Source: Candidatus Woesearchaeota archaeon
Lineage (GTDB): Archaea > Nanobdellota > Nanobdellia > Pacearchaeales > GW2011-AR1
Length of the DNA: 64,000 nt
Direction of reading: 5' to 3'
Assembly (NCBI GenBank): GCA_964601175.1
Contig: CAZRMJ010000002.1
Location: forward strand, 5,842-69,841
Part shown: in pieces, positions 38,332 through 47,354 of the stretch
Numbering within the stretch: position 1 is the first letter of the stretch
How the letters are laid out: every line of letters starts with the position of its first letter
Made by a program: the position numbers and the translations under genes
The notes under the pieces: model-generated
Databases searched by the model: none
Seen by the model: the letters and a program-made list of their open reading frames with translations, nothing else
What the model was told of the DNA's origin: nothing

Positions 38332-39558
38332 ATGATATTTATGATTAGAGCTCAATGTCTTGTATGTTCTTCTAATGAAGTTACGGATATAATTGATCTT
38401 GGAATGCATCCATTTGCAGATACTTTTGTTCCTGAATCTAAAGAAAGCGATAATGATGTGATTTACCGCCTGGTATGTAGCCTATGCTTAAAATGCGGGC
38501 ATGTTCAAAATAAATATGAAACAGATCCTATCAAAAGATATTCTCAGATTGATTACTCTTACACTTCTTCTAACTCTCAATTTGCAAGAGATCACTGGGA
38601 TAAATATGCTAAAGAAATCTCTGCTGAAATCGGATTAGATAAAGGATTAGTGATTGAAATAGGCTCTAATGACGGTTATCTTTCTGAGCAATTTCTTAAA
38701 AAAGGAAACAAAGTATTAGGAGTTGATCCTTCTCCTTATATGGCAGACTTAGCAAAACAAAGAAACATCTCAACTATTGTAGGCTTATTTGGATCAAAAT
38801 ATGTAGATGAAATTTTAAGTAAATATGGGAAGGCAGATTTAGTTTGTGCGAATAACGTTTTCAATCATTCAGATAATCCTTCTGATTTTGTAAAAGCAGT
38901 TTCTGAAATTTTGAAGGATGATGGGAGTTTTGTATTTGAACAACCATATTGGATAGATACTCTAAAGACTGGAAAATTCGATCAAATCTATCATGAACAT
39001 GTAAGTTATTTTACTGTTAAATCTGCTAAGGAGCTTTTAGAAAGGGCTGGATTGAAGATAAAGTCTTCAGAAATTGTAAACTACCACGGAGGATCTTTAA
39101 GAATAATTGCTCAAAAAAGCGATAATGTAAAAGAAAGCGATAATGTAAAAGAAATGATCTCTAATGAGGAGAGTTATGGTGCTTTTAAAATAGAGACTTA
39201 TAAAAAGTTCATGGAATCTTTGAAAATTCAAAGAAGTAAATTTATGCAAAAAATACATCATTTAAAGGAGAAGAATATTCCTCTAATTGCGGTAGGTGCA
39301 GCTGCAAAAGGAAATACATTCCTTAACTTTTATGGCTTAGATAACACAATTATTGATTATGTAACAGATGCATCTCCGCATAAGAAAGGCAAATATACTC
39401 CTGCCACAAGAATACCCATAGTAGGAGATGAGATATTCTCCAAATATGAAGATGTGTATGCCATAATTTTATCTTGGAATATTGCAGATCAACTTAAGAA
39501 TATATTATCTAGATATAATGATAAAATAAATTTTATTTCTCCTGTGCAGAGCATATGA
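38332..39558 (+). CDS. NDP-hexose C-methyltransferase-family protein (TylC3/EryBIII-like: Zn-ribbon + SAM MTase + C-MT C-terminal domain)
   Basis: N-terminal CLVC...CLKC zinc ribbon, VIEIGSNDGYL motif I and a C-terminal domain; contains an 18-bp tandem duplication (SDNVKESDNVKE). Confidence 0.65.
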   Translation: MIFMIRAQCLVCSSNEVTDIIDLGMHPFADTFVPESKESDNDVIYRLVCSLCLKCGHVQNKYETDPIKRYSQIDYSYTSSNSQFARDHWDKYAKEISAEIGLDKGLVIEIGSNDGYLSEQFLKKGNKVLGVDPSPYMADLAKQRNISTIVGLFGSKYVDEILSKYGKADLVCANNVFNHSDNPSDFVKAVSEILKDDGSFVFEQPYWIDTLKTGKFDQIYHEHVSYFTVKSAKELLERAGLKIKSSEIVNYHGGSLRIIAQKSDNVKESDNVKEMISNEESYGAFKIETYKKFMESLKIQRSKFMQKIHHLKEKNIPLIAVGAAAKGNTFLNFYGLDNTIIDYVTDASPHKKGKYTPATRIPIVGDEIFSKYEDVYAIILSWNIADQLKNILSRYNDKINFISPVQSI

Positions 39559-39980
39559 TAGAAAGAATATATTCAAAGGTAAATCCTTCTATACTCCTGC
39601 ATATTTTACATACTAATTCTGGGCTTAATCAAAAAATAGAGGATAAAAAAATTCATAGTTTGACTGATCCGGAACATTTTTTGCAAGCAATGTTTTTTGA
39701 AATGCCTGCTGGAACGAAAAGCAACCCTCATAAACATAACCTTCAAGAAAGAAGAACCACCCATACGCATGAAGCACTTTTGCTTTTGAAAGGGTCTATT
39801 GAATTAAATATTTATGATATTGATGACAGTTTTGTTGAGACGAAGATTCTGAATGAAGGAGACTGCTATGTTCTTATTAATGGGGGGCATAGCATAAAGA
39901 CCATTACAGATTCTAAATTTTTTGAGTTTAAAAATGGACCTTACTACGGAAGCGAGAAAGATAAAACAAGCATTAATTGA
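39555..39980 (+). CDS. Cupin-domain protein (candidate sugar-nucleotide epimerase/ketoisomerase)
   Basis: 141 aa; PHKHNLQERRTTHTHEALLLLKGSIELNIYD resembles cupin motifs (His-x-His...Glu). Confidence 0.5.
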   Translation: MIERIYSKVNPSILLHILHTNSGLNQKIEDKKIHSLTDPEHFLQAMFFEMPAGTKSNPHKHNLQERRTTHTHEALLLLKGSIELNIYDIDDSFVETKILNEGDCYVLINGGHSIKTITDSKFFEFKNGPYYGSEKDKTSIN

Positions 39981-40012
39981 AATTAAGTTGTTTAAATATT
40001 CCAAAATTATTC

Positions 40013-41110
40013 TTAATTTATCATACCCATAGACTTCAACATCTCTTTTGCTTTTTCTATATAAAACCCTTTTTGGTTGTTATTGTCTTTATCAACTAGG
40101 ATTAATCCATTTTCTTCGAATTGTTCCTTTAGATCTGCTTCGAGCATTGTATGAACTAATTCTTTGAATTTTATGGAAGGTACCCATCCCAAAAGCCTCT
40201 TTGCTTTTGAAGCATCTCCTAATAAAGCGTCAACTTCTGCAGGTCTTTTGTATCTATCTGAAACTTCAACATATTTTTCATAGTCTAGTCCTAAAAGAGA
40301 AAATGCTTCTTGCAAAAACTCTCTAACTGTATGAGTCTCCTCTGTTGCAATAACAAAATCCTCAGGCTCATGATGTTGAAGAATAGCCCACATTGCTTTA
40401 ACATATTCCTGTGAATGCCCCCAATCTCTTTTTGCATCTAAATTGCCCATAACTATTTTTTTTGCGTGTCCCATGACTATTCTGGATAATTCTCTTGTAA
40501 TTTTACGAGTTGCAAAATTAATTCCCCTTCTAGGAGATTCATGATTGAATAGTATTCCGTTACAAGCAAATAAGCCATATGCCACCCTATACAATCTTGT
40601 GAAATTAAAAGCTGCAACTTTTGATACTCCATAGGGGCTTTGAGGTTTGAATGGAGTTTCCTCATTTTGAGGAGGAGGTGATGCTCCAAACATTTCAGAA
40701 GAGGATGCTTGGTAATATTTGCATTTTAGTCCTGAATGATGTATTGCATCTAATAGCCTTAATGTTCCTAGCGCATTTATATCAAAGGTTGTTGCAGGAT
40801 TTTCAAAACTTATGCCTACATGACTTTGAGCAGCTAAATTATATACCTCATCCGGTTTTACTTTTTCCAAAATATTTCTTAAACTAGAAGCATCTGTAAG
40901 ATCTGCATGGTAACAAACAAACTCTTTTTCTGAGTCTTGGCTATAATTCATCTTCTTTAGAAGATGTTCTATTCTCCCGCTATGAATACTACTTGAACGC
41001 CTAACTATTCCCCTTACATAATATCCCTTATCTAGCAAAAATTCTGCCAAATACGAGCCATCTTGTCCATTTACTCCTGTAATCAGAGCTACTTTTTTTC
41101 CATTTAACAT
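40013..41110 (-). CDS. gmd: GDP-mannose 4,6-dehydratase
   Basis: 365 aa; N-terminal KKVALITGVNGQDGSYLAEFLLDKGYYVRGIVRRSSS is near-identical to the canonical Gmd pattern. Confidence 0.9.
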   Translation of the reverse strand: MLNGKKVALITGVNGQDGSYLAEFLLDKGYYVRGIVRRSSSIHSGRIEHLLKKMNYSQDSEKEFVCYHADLTDASSLRNILEKVKPDEVYNLAAQSHVGISFENPATTFDINALGTLRLLDAIHHSGLKCKYYQASSSEMFGASPPPQNEETPFKPQSPYGVSKVAAFNFTRLYRVAYGLFACNGILFNHESPRRGINFATRKITRELSRIVMGHAKKIVMGNLDAKRDWGHSQEYVKAMWAILQHHEPEDFVIATEETHTVREFLQEAFSLLGLDYEKYVEVSDRYKRPAEVDALLGDASKAKRLLGWVPSIKFKELVHTMLEADLKEQFEENGLILVDKDNNNQKGFYIEKAKEMLKSMGMIN

Positions 41111-41152
41111 TTTTGTAGTTGCTAAAATCTGTATATAAATATATTGTAATTT

Positions 41153-42964
41153 TCAGTTAGATTTTTTTTCAACTGATAAGAGGTAAAAAGGAACTACTAT
41201 CGAAATTGCAGATAATACAATTAGAGTATACAAAATCAGATATGCAATTAAATCCAGCAGTTTATTTAATGCTCCATCCACTACATAATAATCAAATGCA
41301 TCTTTTGGATTAACATTTCTTGGAATATGGTAAAAGAAATGGTTGTGGGTTTGATCAACATAACCTAATAATGCAGGATTGACTAAAATATCAGAAGAAT
41401 AAACTTTGTAAAACGGTTTGTTCAATGGTTCTCCACCTCTTACTCCATCTATTCCGCTACCACCGTTAAAGTTCTTTGAAGTTGAAGTTTCCTTAAATTT
41501 AGAGACCAGCATTTCCATTGAGGCATTTAATTCAGGTTGATCTTTTATTGTTCCCCAACCACAATCATCTATTGCGCATTCGACAAAAATCGCATTTACT
41601 CTTACAGGTTTAGTCGAATTATCAAAATTATTAAGTTGTAAAAGGTAATCTGCATTAAGATAGTGTTTATCATTAAACATCCAAGTATATGTTCCAACAT
41701 AAATCCTAGAGTCTACTAAAACTAATGTGTTTTCATCAATTGTTTTTGCATAAGCTCTTAGTTTTTCAGTTGCACTTTGAGAGGTTAATGGATTATGTAA
41801 ATGAATCAAATTATATATTAGAACTATGGACAAAACTATTAAAATAAATAACTTAGAGTGACCTTTTAGTTTCCTATTTTTTGAGACATATTCTATAAAT
41901 GGTGCTGAGAAGAGCGCCATCAATGGAAAGAATGAAGTATAATGTGTTTGCAGTACTATTGATGATGCAATGAAAATAATTCCAAAGAAAAACAAAGATA
42001 ATAAGAACAATATCTCAAAATTAGATTCTCTTTTCTTGAAGCCCTTGATAAGATAAATTATACCTGCTACGGCTAAAAGGAAAATTAATGGGTCTTCTTT
42101 TATGAAATATACTGTAATTATATCATAAAGATTTTTAGGAAGTTTCAATAAAACAAAACCCTCTTCATGGTGCAAACCAGGGCCAGTGTAAAATTCAGGA
42201 TTTATTCTTAAAAATTGAGCCAGAGGCAGATCTACGATTCCTTTTTCCTTAAACAAAAATAAATTATAAGCCGCTACTGGAAGAGTGGCTAAAATAAGTA
42301 AGGCAATTATTACCAACAGACGATTTAAATTCTCTCTGAATAATTTACGATTATTTTTGAAATTTTTATACAAAACATATATTGCGAAGGCAAAGAAAAC
42401 TATTATGAAAACCCCTGAAATTATTTTCATCAATTCAGCTATTGCAAGAAAAACTCCCGATAACATAGAGAGTTTTCCTTTTTCTTTGTAACTTTTTAGG
42501 AAAAAGAAAGATGCAAGCAAGATAAAAAACATCATTGTTTGATCTTGATAACTTGCAGCCCAGGTTATATGAAATGAAGAGATTGCAAGAAGGAATGATG
42601 AAATTAAAGCTATTTTCCGATTAAATAAGAGATTTGAAATTAAATAGACTAAAATTATAGATAAACTGCCAAAAATAACTGAAAGAGATCTTGCTGTAAG
42701 CAAGCTTATTCCAAAGATGCGATAGATATAATCTGTAAGATAATACCATATAGTTGATTGAGTTAGTGTACTTAATGGAGCCAATTTAGAGATCCCTATT
42801 GCATGAACTCCGTGAACCATTTCATCGGCCACAGGAGTCAGATTAGAAGCTACAATAATTCTTAAAATTAAACCGAATAAAAAAATTGAGATTAAGGTTA
42901 TTTTATAATTCTTATTTATAAAACGATACAACTTTTCAACAAACGTTTTTTTGTCATTTTCCAC
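41153..42964 (-). CDS. GT-C fold glycosyltransferase (ArnT/PMT-like), second copy
   Basis: 603 aa, ~12 TM N-terminal domain with LTPVADEMVHGVHAIG (DE motif), plus a C-terminal soluble domain. Confidence 0.6.
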   Translation of the reverse strand: MENDKKTFVEKLYRFINKNYKITLISIFLFGLILRIIVASNLTPVADEMVHGVHAIGISKLAPLSTLTQSTIWYYLTDYIYRIFGISLLTARSLSVIFGSLSIILVYLISNLLFNRKIALISSFLLAISSFHITWAASYQDQTMMFFILLASFFFLKSYKEKGKLSMLSGVFLAIAELMKIISGVFIIVFFAFAIYVLYKNFKNNRKLFRENLNRLLVIIALLILATLPVAAYNLFLFKEKGIVDLPLAQFLRINPEFYTGPGLHHEEGFVLLKLPKNLYDIITVYFIKEDPLIFLLAVAGIIYLIKGFKKRESNFEILFLLSLFFFGIIFIASSIVLQTHYTSFFPLMALFSAPFIEYVSKNRKLKGHSKLFILIVLSIVLIYNLIHLHNPLTSQSATEKLRAYAKTIDENTLVLVDSRIYVGTYTWMFNDKHYLNADYLLQLNNFDNSTKPVRVNAIFVECAIDDCGWGTIKDQPELNASMEMLVSKFKETSTSKNFNGGSGIDGVRGGEPLNKPFYKVYSSDILVNPALLGYVDQTHNHFFYHIPRNVNPKDAFDYYVVDGALNKLLDLIAYLILYTLIVLSAISIVVPFYLLSVEKKSN

Positions 42965-42987
42965 TTTAAGATATAATTGGCATTTAT

Positions 42988-43818
42988 TTAAATCTGCGTC
43001 TTTTTAATCTCGGATAGATAGTCTTTAAGTGCAATTTTCCAGTTTCTAATTTCGTTATTTTTTGAAATTAAAGCTTCACTTTGAGATCTTTGAGATGAAT
43101 TACTTAAAGTTTTATAAGAGATTAATTTCAAATCGAGATTTTTTCCGGTTAATAGCACGCACTCTTTTGCAACGTCTGCTGCTGAAGCATATCCTTCATT
43201 AACTAAATGAATTACTTCATTTCGATTAGAAATAATTAATCTCTTCAATTCATTTACAAAATCTTTTATGTATGTTGGAGATCCAAATGAGTCGTATGTG
43301 GCAATTATTTCCCCTTCATTCTTTTCATTTAATAGTTTATCTATGAATTTAGTAAATCCATTTTTTTTATGAGCAATTCCAAATAACCATCCAGTTCTTA
43401 TTATAAGGTAATTTTTTGAACTATTTTTTAATAAAATCTCTGCAAGATATTTAGTTTTTCCATATACATTTATTGGATTTGGAATATCTAATTCGGTAAA
43501 CCCATTTGAATTTCCGTTAAAAACTGCTCCGCTTGAGATCAAAATTGTTAGAGAATTGTATTTATTGGCTATTTTTATTACATTATTAAAACCGTTTACA
43601 TTTACATTCATTGCCATGATAGGGTTGCTTTCTGATGAAGCTAAATCTACTGATGCAAGGCATATAACTGCTTGCGGAGAATATTTTGAAAAAATCATTT
43701 CCACATCTTTTAAATTAGCAATATCTAAATCTTTATGGCCCAATTTTATCCCAAAGTCAAGTTCTTGTCCTATGGTGCTATCTTTTCCTATTATTAATAC
43801 TTTTGAGAGGTCTATCAA
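42988..43818 (-). CDS. RmlD-like NAD(P)-dependent reductase/epimerase
   Basis: 276 aa; LIIGKDSTIGQEL Rossmann. Confidence 0.55.
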   Translation of the reverse strand: MIDLSKVLIIGKDSTIGQELDFGIKLGHKDLDIANLKDVEMIFSKYSPQAVICLASVDLASSESNPIMAMNVNVNGFNNVIKIANKYNSLTILISSGAVFNGNSNGFTELDIPNPINVYGKTKYLAEILLKNSSKNYLIIRTGWLFGIAHKKNGFTKFIDKLLNEKNEGEIIATYDSFGSPTYIKDFVNELKRLIISNRNEVIHLVNEGYASAADVAKECVLLTGKNLDLKLISYKTLSNSSQRSQSEALISKNNEIRNWKIALKDYLSEIKKTQI

Positions 43819-45044
43819 AATTCCTCCACCTTCAACTCAGGAAAGGGGATTATTACTTTAAATGAAGGCATTATCTCTTTTAATCTTCTTATGAAACTAT
43901 CTTTATAATTCCAAGAAAATAGAATAAAAGTCTTATTATCTTTTTCTTTTTTCAATGAATCTGTAGACATTACAGGAACGTGAACTCCAGGCACCAGTCT
44001 TCCTTGCTTAAGAACAGTATCATCAACAACATAGTCGAGATCATTCGGAGTAATTCCAATATAATTCATCATCACTACGCCTCTTGCAGGAGCTCCAAGA
44101 CCAATTAGTTTTCCATTACTTAATTTCTCTCGTTCTATCAATTCCCTTATTTCTTTCCTATAATTCTCTACTTTTTTATTTACTTCAGAATAGACTTGTT
44201 GGTTATCTAAACCAATTAATTTTTCTTCAGATAATAATTTGTTTACGGATTCACTTACTGGTTTTGCGTACTCATCTTTCATAGCTGAAATTCTTAATGA
44301 TCCTCCTTGAGTTGGTATTTTTTCTACATCTACTATTGTAAGTCCAGCCATCCTAAATGTAGATATTAAAGAGTGTAATGAAAATGTGTATACGTGCTCG
44401 TGATAAATGGTATCAAACTCTCCCCTTAACACTGTATCTAACGCATAAACCCCTTCCATTACTAAAACTCCGGAGTCTTTCATTACTAACCTAGCTGCCT
44501 TAAGTAAATCTATATTATTTGGAGTATGAGGAATGACATTTAATGCAAGTAATAGGTCATATTTTCCCTTTTCTTTAACTATTTTTGAAGCAGTCTTTGT
44601 GTCAAAAAATTCGGATATGTATTCGACTTGTTTTTCTTTATTTAAATCCGATAAATTCTTTGCAGGATCAACCCCTAAAATATTTTTTGTATATGGTTTA
44701 AAAAATGAAAGCAAGGTGCCATCATTAGAGCCTATTTCTAAAATTTTTGTGCTTTCATCTATTTTGAATTTATCTTTTATATAAGATGCAACTTCCTTCA
44801 GATGATTTATATTTGACTCAGATCCAGAGGAAAGATGAAGATAGTTTCTGAATAGCTCTTCAGGAGGAACTATTTCTTCAAGTTGGACCAAATAGCAATT
44901 TGGACAATATGCTAGGTTTAGAGGGTATGCCTTCTCTTTACTAACTTCTGATTCTTGTATAAATGCATTTACTGGAGGGATATTTCCTAATTCCAAAAAT
45001 CTATTCATCCCCTCAAAACCGCAGGATTTGCATTTTAATTCCAT
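43815..45044 (-). CDS. NDP-hexose C-methyltransferase-family protein (second paralog)
   Basis: 409 aa; CKSCGF...CPNC zinc ribbon, ILEIGSNDGTL; same architecture as the 38332-39558 protein. Confidence 0.65.
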   Translation of the reverse strand: MELKCKSCGFEGMNRFLELGNIPPVNAFIQESEVSKEKAYPLNLAYCPNCYLVQLEEIVPPEELFRNYLHLSSGSESNINHLKEVASYIKDKFKIDESTKILEIGSNDGTLLSFFKPYTKNILGVDPAKNLSDLNKEKQVEYISEFFDTKTASKIVKEKGKYDLLLALNVIPHTPNNIDLLKAARLVMKDSGVLVMEGVYALDTVLRGEFDTIYHEHVYTFSLHSLISTFRMAGLTIVDVEKIPTQGGSLRISAMKDEYAKPVSESVNKLLSEEKLIGLDNQQVYSEVNKKVENYRKEIRELIEREKLSNGKLIGLGAPARGVVMMNYIGITPNDLDYVVDDTVLKQGRLVPGVHVPVMSTDSLKKEKDNKTFILFSWNYKDSFIRRLKEIMPSFKVIIPFPELKVEEF

Positions 45045-45054
45045 CTTAAAACCT

Positions 45055-45843
45055 TCAATTTGCCCTATTAAAAACTTTGTTATAGTATAAACCTGCTCTT
45101 GCTAGAATGAATTGAGCTAAGACCCAAAAACTCCTTATTGCATACCAACTTGCTCCCTTTATTGAATGAGAAGTATGATCTGCATGGTAATCTGCTTCTA
45201 CGGGAACTTCCTTAACAGGCATTCTGTAATATGCCGCTTGTGCTATTATCTGGAAGCTAAATAAGTAGTCATTAGTATTAGCTTTGTAAGGGACTTTTTC
45301 GATAAGTTTTCTTCCATAAATTCTAAATCCTGTGTGAAACTCAGTTAATTTTAATCCAAGTATTAGCCTATCAAAGAAACTAAGTCCCCTGTTTGCTAAA
45401 AATCTTATTAAAGGCATCCCATTTTTTAGCGCTTGCCCTGGAACTGTAAATCTTGACCCTAATATAAGTTGAGCATTTCCCTCTTGCATAAAAGGCATTG
45501 CATACTTTATAGAGATTGGATTGAACTGTGCTCCGTCTCCGTGAATTTCAACTATGTAATCTGCTCCCATTTCTAAAGCCTTTTTTATCCCTTCTTTTAG
45601 ATTTCCGCCGTATCCCCTATTTGGAACATGCCTAAATGATTTAATTCCCAATTTTTTAGCAACTTCATAAGTTCCATCTTTAGATCCATCATCCATTAAT
45701 ATCAGATCATCTAAGAGTCCTTTTGGGATTGCTCTTATTCTTTCAATGGCGCGTGGCAACATTTTTGCAACATTATATGCTAATATAACTCCTATTACCT
45801 TGGGTTTTTTCCTCGAAGAAATAGCCTTTTTTCCCGTTACCAT
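45055..45843 (-). CDS. GT2 polyprenol-phosphate glycosyltransferase (DPM1/GtrB-like)
   Basis: VIGVILAYNVAKMLPRAIERI...LILMDDGSKDGT...VEIHGDG. Confidence 0.75.
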   Translation of the reverse strand: MVTGKKAISSRKKPKVIGVILAYNVAKMLPRAIERIRAIPKGLLDDLILMDDGSKDGTYEVAKKLGIKSFRHVPNRGYGGNLKEGIKKALEMGADYIVEIHGDGAQFNPISIKYAMPFMQEGNAQLILGSRFTVPGQALKNGMPLIRFLANRGLSFFDRLILGLKLTEFHTGFRIYGRKLIEKVPYKANTNDYLFSFQIIAQAAYYRMPVKEVPVEADYHADHTSHSIKGASWYAIRSFWVLAQFILARAGLYYNKVFNRAN

Positions 45844-45915
45844 TTAGGACAGTTTAATAAAAAATGTTTATAAACTTATATGTGGACTTGTTTAAATTAA
45901 TCTTAATTAAAATCT

Positions 45916-46992
45916 CTAATGCTGAGATTCTCCACCATTTGACCATCTCGGACTTGATGCCAGACTATAGTTGATTATTGGTTCCTTGATGATTTTCTTC
46001 ATAACTTCTAAATTATAATATTTGGAATCATCCATATTTTCTAATTTTCTAGAATTAACAGCTTCTTCGATCTCCTTCAAACCATGCTTAATGTCATATA
46101 GGCATTTGAAACTACAAATCTTTTCAAATTTCTTGAAACTTACCCTGTAAGATCTATTATCTTTATTTTGGTCTATTTTTTCTATTTTTGAATCTTTGAA
46201 ATGATTTGCTATTAATGGCACTAAATCTTTAATCATAAAATTAAGATCACTATTTCCAACATTGAAAACTTGTTTATTAACAATATTAGAGTCTTCTTCT
46301 AATACTGTAATAACTGCCCTACTTGCGTCTTTTACATGCAGAAATGGTCTGTACTGAGTCCCATCACCATTCAGAATTATACTTTTTCCTTGTAATGCTC
46401 TCTTTGCCATCACATTTACTGCAAGATCAAACCTCATTCTAGGAGAATATCCGAATAAAGTTGCGAATCTTAATGCAGTTACTGAAAATTTAGAGTCTGC
46501 CATCGGGAAAAGAGCATTTTCACATTGTAATTTTGATAAAGCATAAAGAGTCACTGGACCAACATCTGATTGCTCATCAAGAAACTTTGCACCGCTTGCC
46601 CCATAAACTGAACAAGATGAAATAAATATAAATCTCTTAATTCCTTCTGCTTTTGCTCTTCTTGCTAGAGACATTGTAGCTAAGAAATTTGTTTGTATTG
46701 TTAAATTGGGATCTAGATCTCCTGAAGGATCGTTAGAAAGTCCTGAAAGATGGATTACTGCATCTACTCCGTCAAATAAATCAGGAATATTCTCATGATG
46801 GGCTATATCCATTTCAGTAACTTTTAGATTGGGATTACTTAGATGACTTTCAATAGGATTTTTTCCAAAATAAAAAGTATCCATTACATGTACCCTATAG
46901 TTCTTCTCCAAAAGCATTGGAACTAATATGGACCCTAAATATCCAGCTCCCCCAGTTACTAAAATTTTTTTGTTATCTGCGAAATCTTTCAT
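45916..46992 (-). CDS. NAD-dependent epimerase/dehydratase family protein (nucleotide-sugar epimerase)
   Basis: 358 aa; ILVTGGAGYLGSIL Rossmann. Confidence 0.75.
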   Translation of the reverse strand: MKDFADNKKILVTGGAGYLGSILVPMLLEKNYRVHVMDTFYFGKNPIESHLSNPNLKVTEMDIAHHENIPDLFDGVDAVIHLSGLSNDPSGDLDPNLTIQTNFLATMSLARRAKAEGIKRFIFISSCSVYGASGAKFLDEQSDVGPVTLYALSKLQCENALFPMADSKFSVTALRFATLFGYSPRMRFDLAVNVMAKRALQGKSIILNGDGTQYRPFLHVKDASRAVITVLEEDSNIVNKQVFNVGNSDLNFMIKDLVPLIANHFKDSKIEKIDQNKDNRSYRVSFKKFEKICSFKCLYDIKHGLKEIEEAVNSRKLENMDDSKYYNLEVMKKIIKEPIINYSLASSPRWSNGGESQH

Positions 46993-47075
46993 TATAAAAA
47001 TTGCGATTAGGCATTTTATAAATTTATGGATCCATAAGGCGATAATCTTTTAAACAAATAAGGCAGGCTTCTTTT

Positions 47076-47354
47076 ATGGTACTTGTAAAAATTTTAGGGT
47101 TTATAGACCTTATTTCTTCGATCATATTGTTTAGCATGATTTTTTCCATAAGTATTCCATTTCAGATAGTTACATTTACAGGATCGCTTTTATTTGTAAA
47201 AAGCTTATTTATTTTGAGAGGAGATTTCCTTAGCGCAGTAGATTTATTCGCAGCAATTGTAATGTTTACAGGGATATTCTTTACACCTTGGGCATTTATT
47301 ATGTGGCTATTAAGCTTACTTTTAATGTCTAAAGCAGTAGCTAGCTTCCTTTAA
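47076..47354 (+). CDS. Small hypothetical membrane protein (92 aa, 3 TM)
   Basis: Hydrophobic ORF; no recognisable family. Confidence 0.35.
   Translation: MVLVKILGFIDLISSIILFSMIFSISIPFQIVTFTGSLLFVKSLFILRGDFLSAVDLFAAIVMFTGIFFTPWAFIMWLLSLLLMSKAVASFL

Noticed and set aside
39118-39153. Tandem 18-bp repeat as a possible CRISPR or mini-satellite
   Set aside because: There are only two copies, inside a coding region, with no spacers. No CRISPR-like arrays were seen anywhere in the window.
40477-40887. ORFs 40477-40689(-) and 40651-40887(+) within gmd
   Set aside because: They are embedded in the strongly supported GDP-mannose 4,6-dehydratase gene, so they are spurious.
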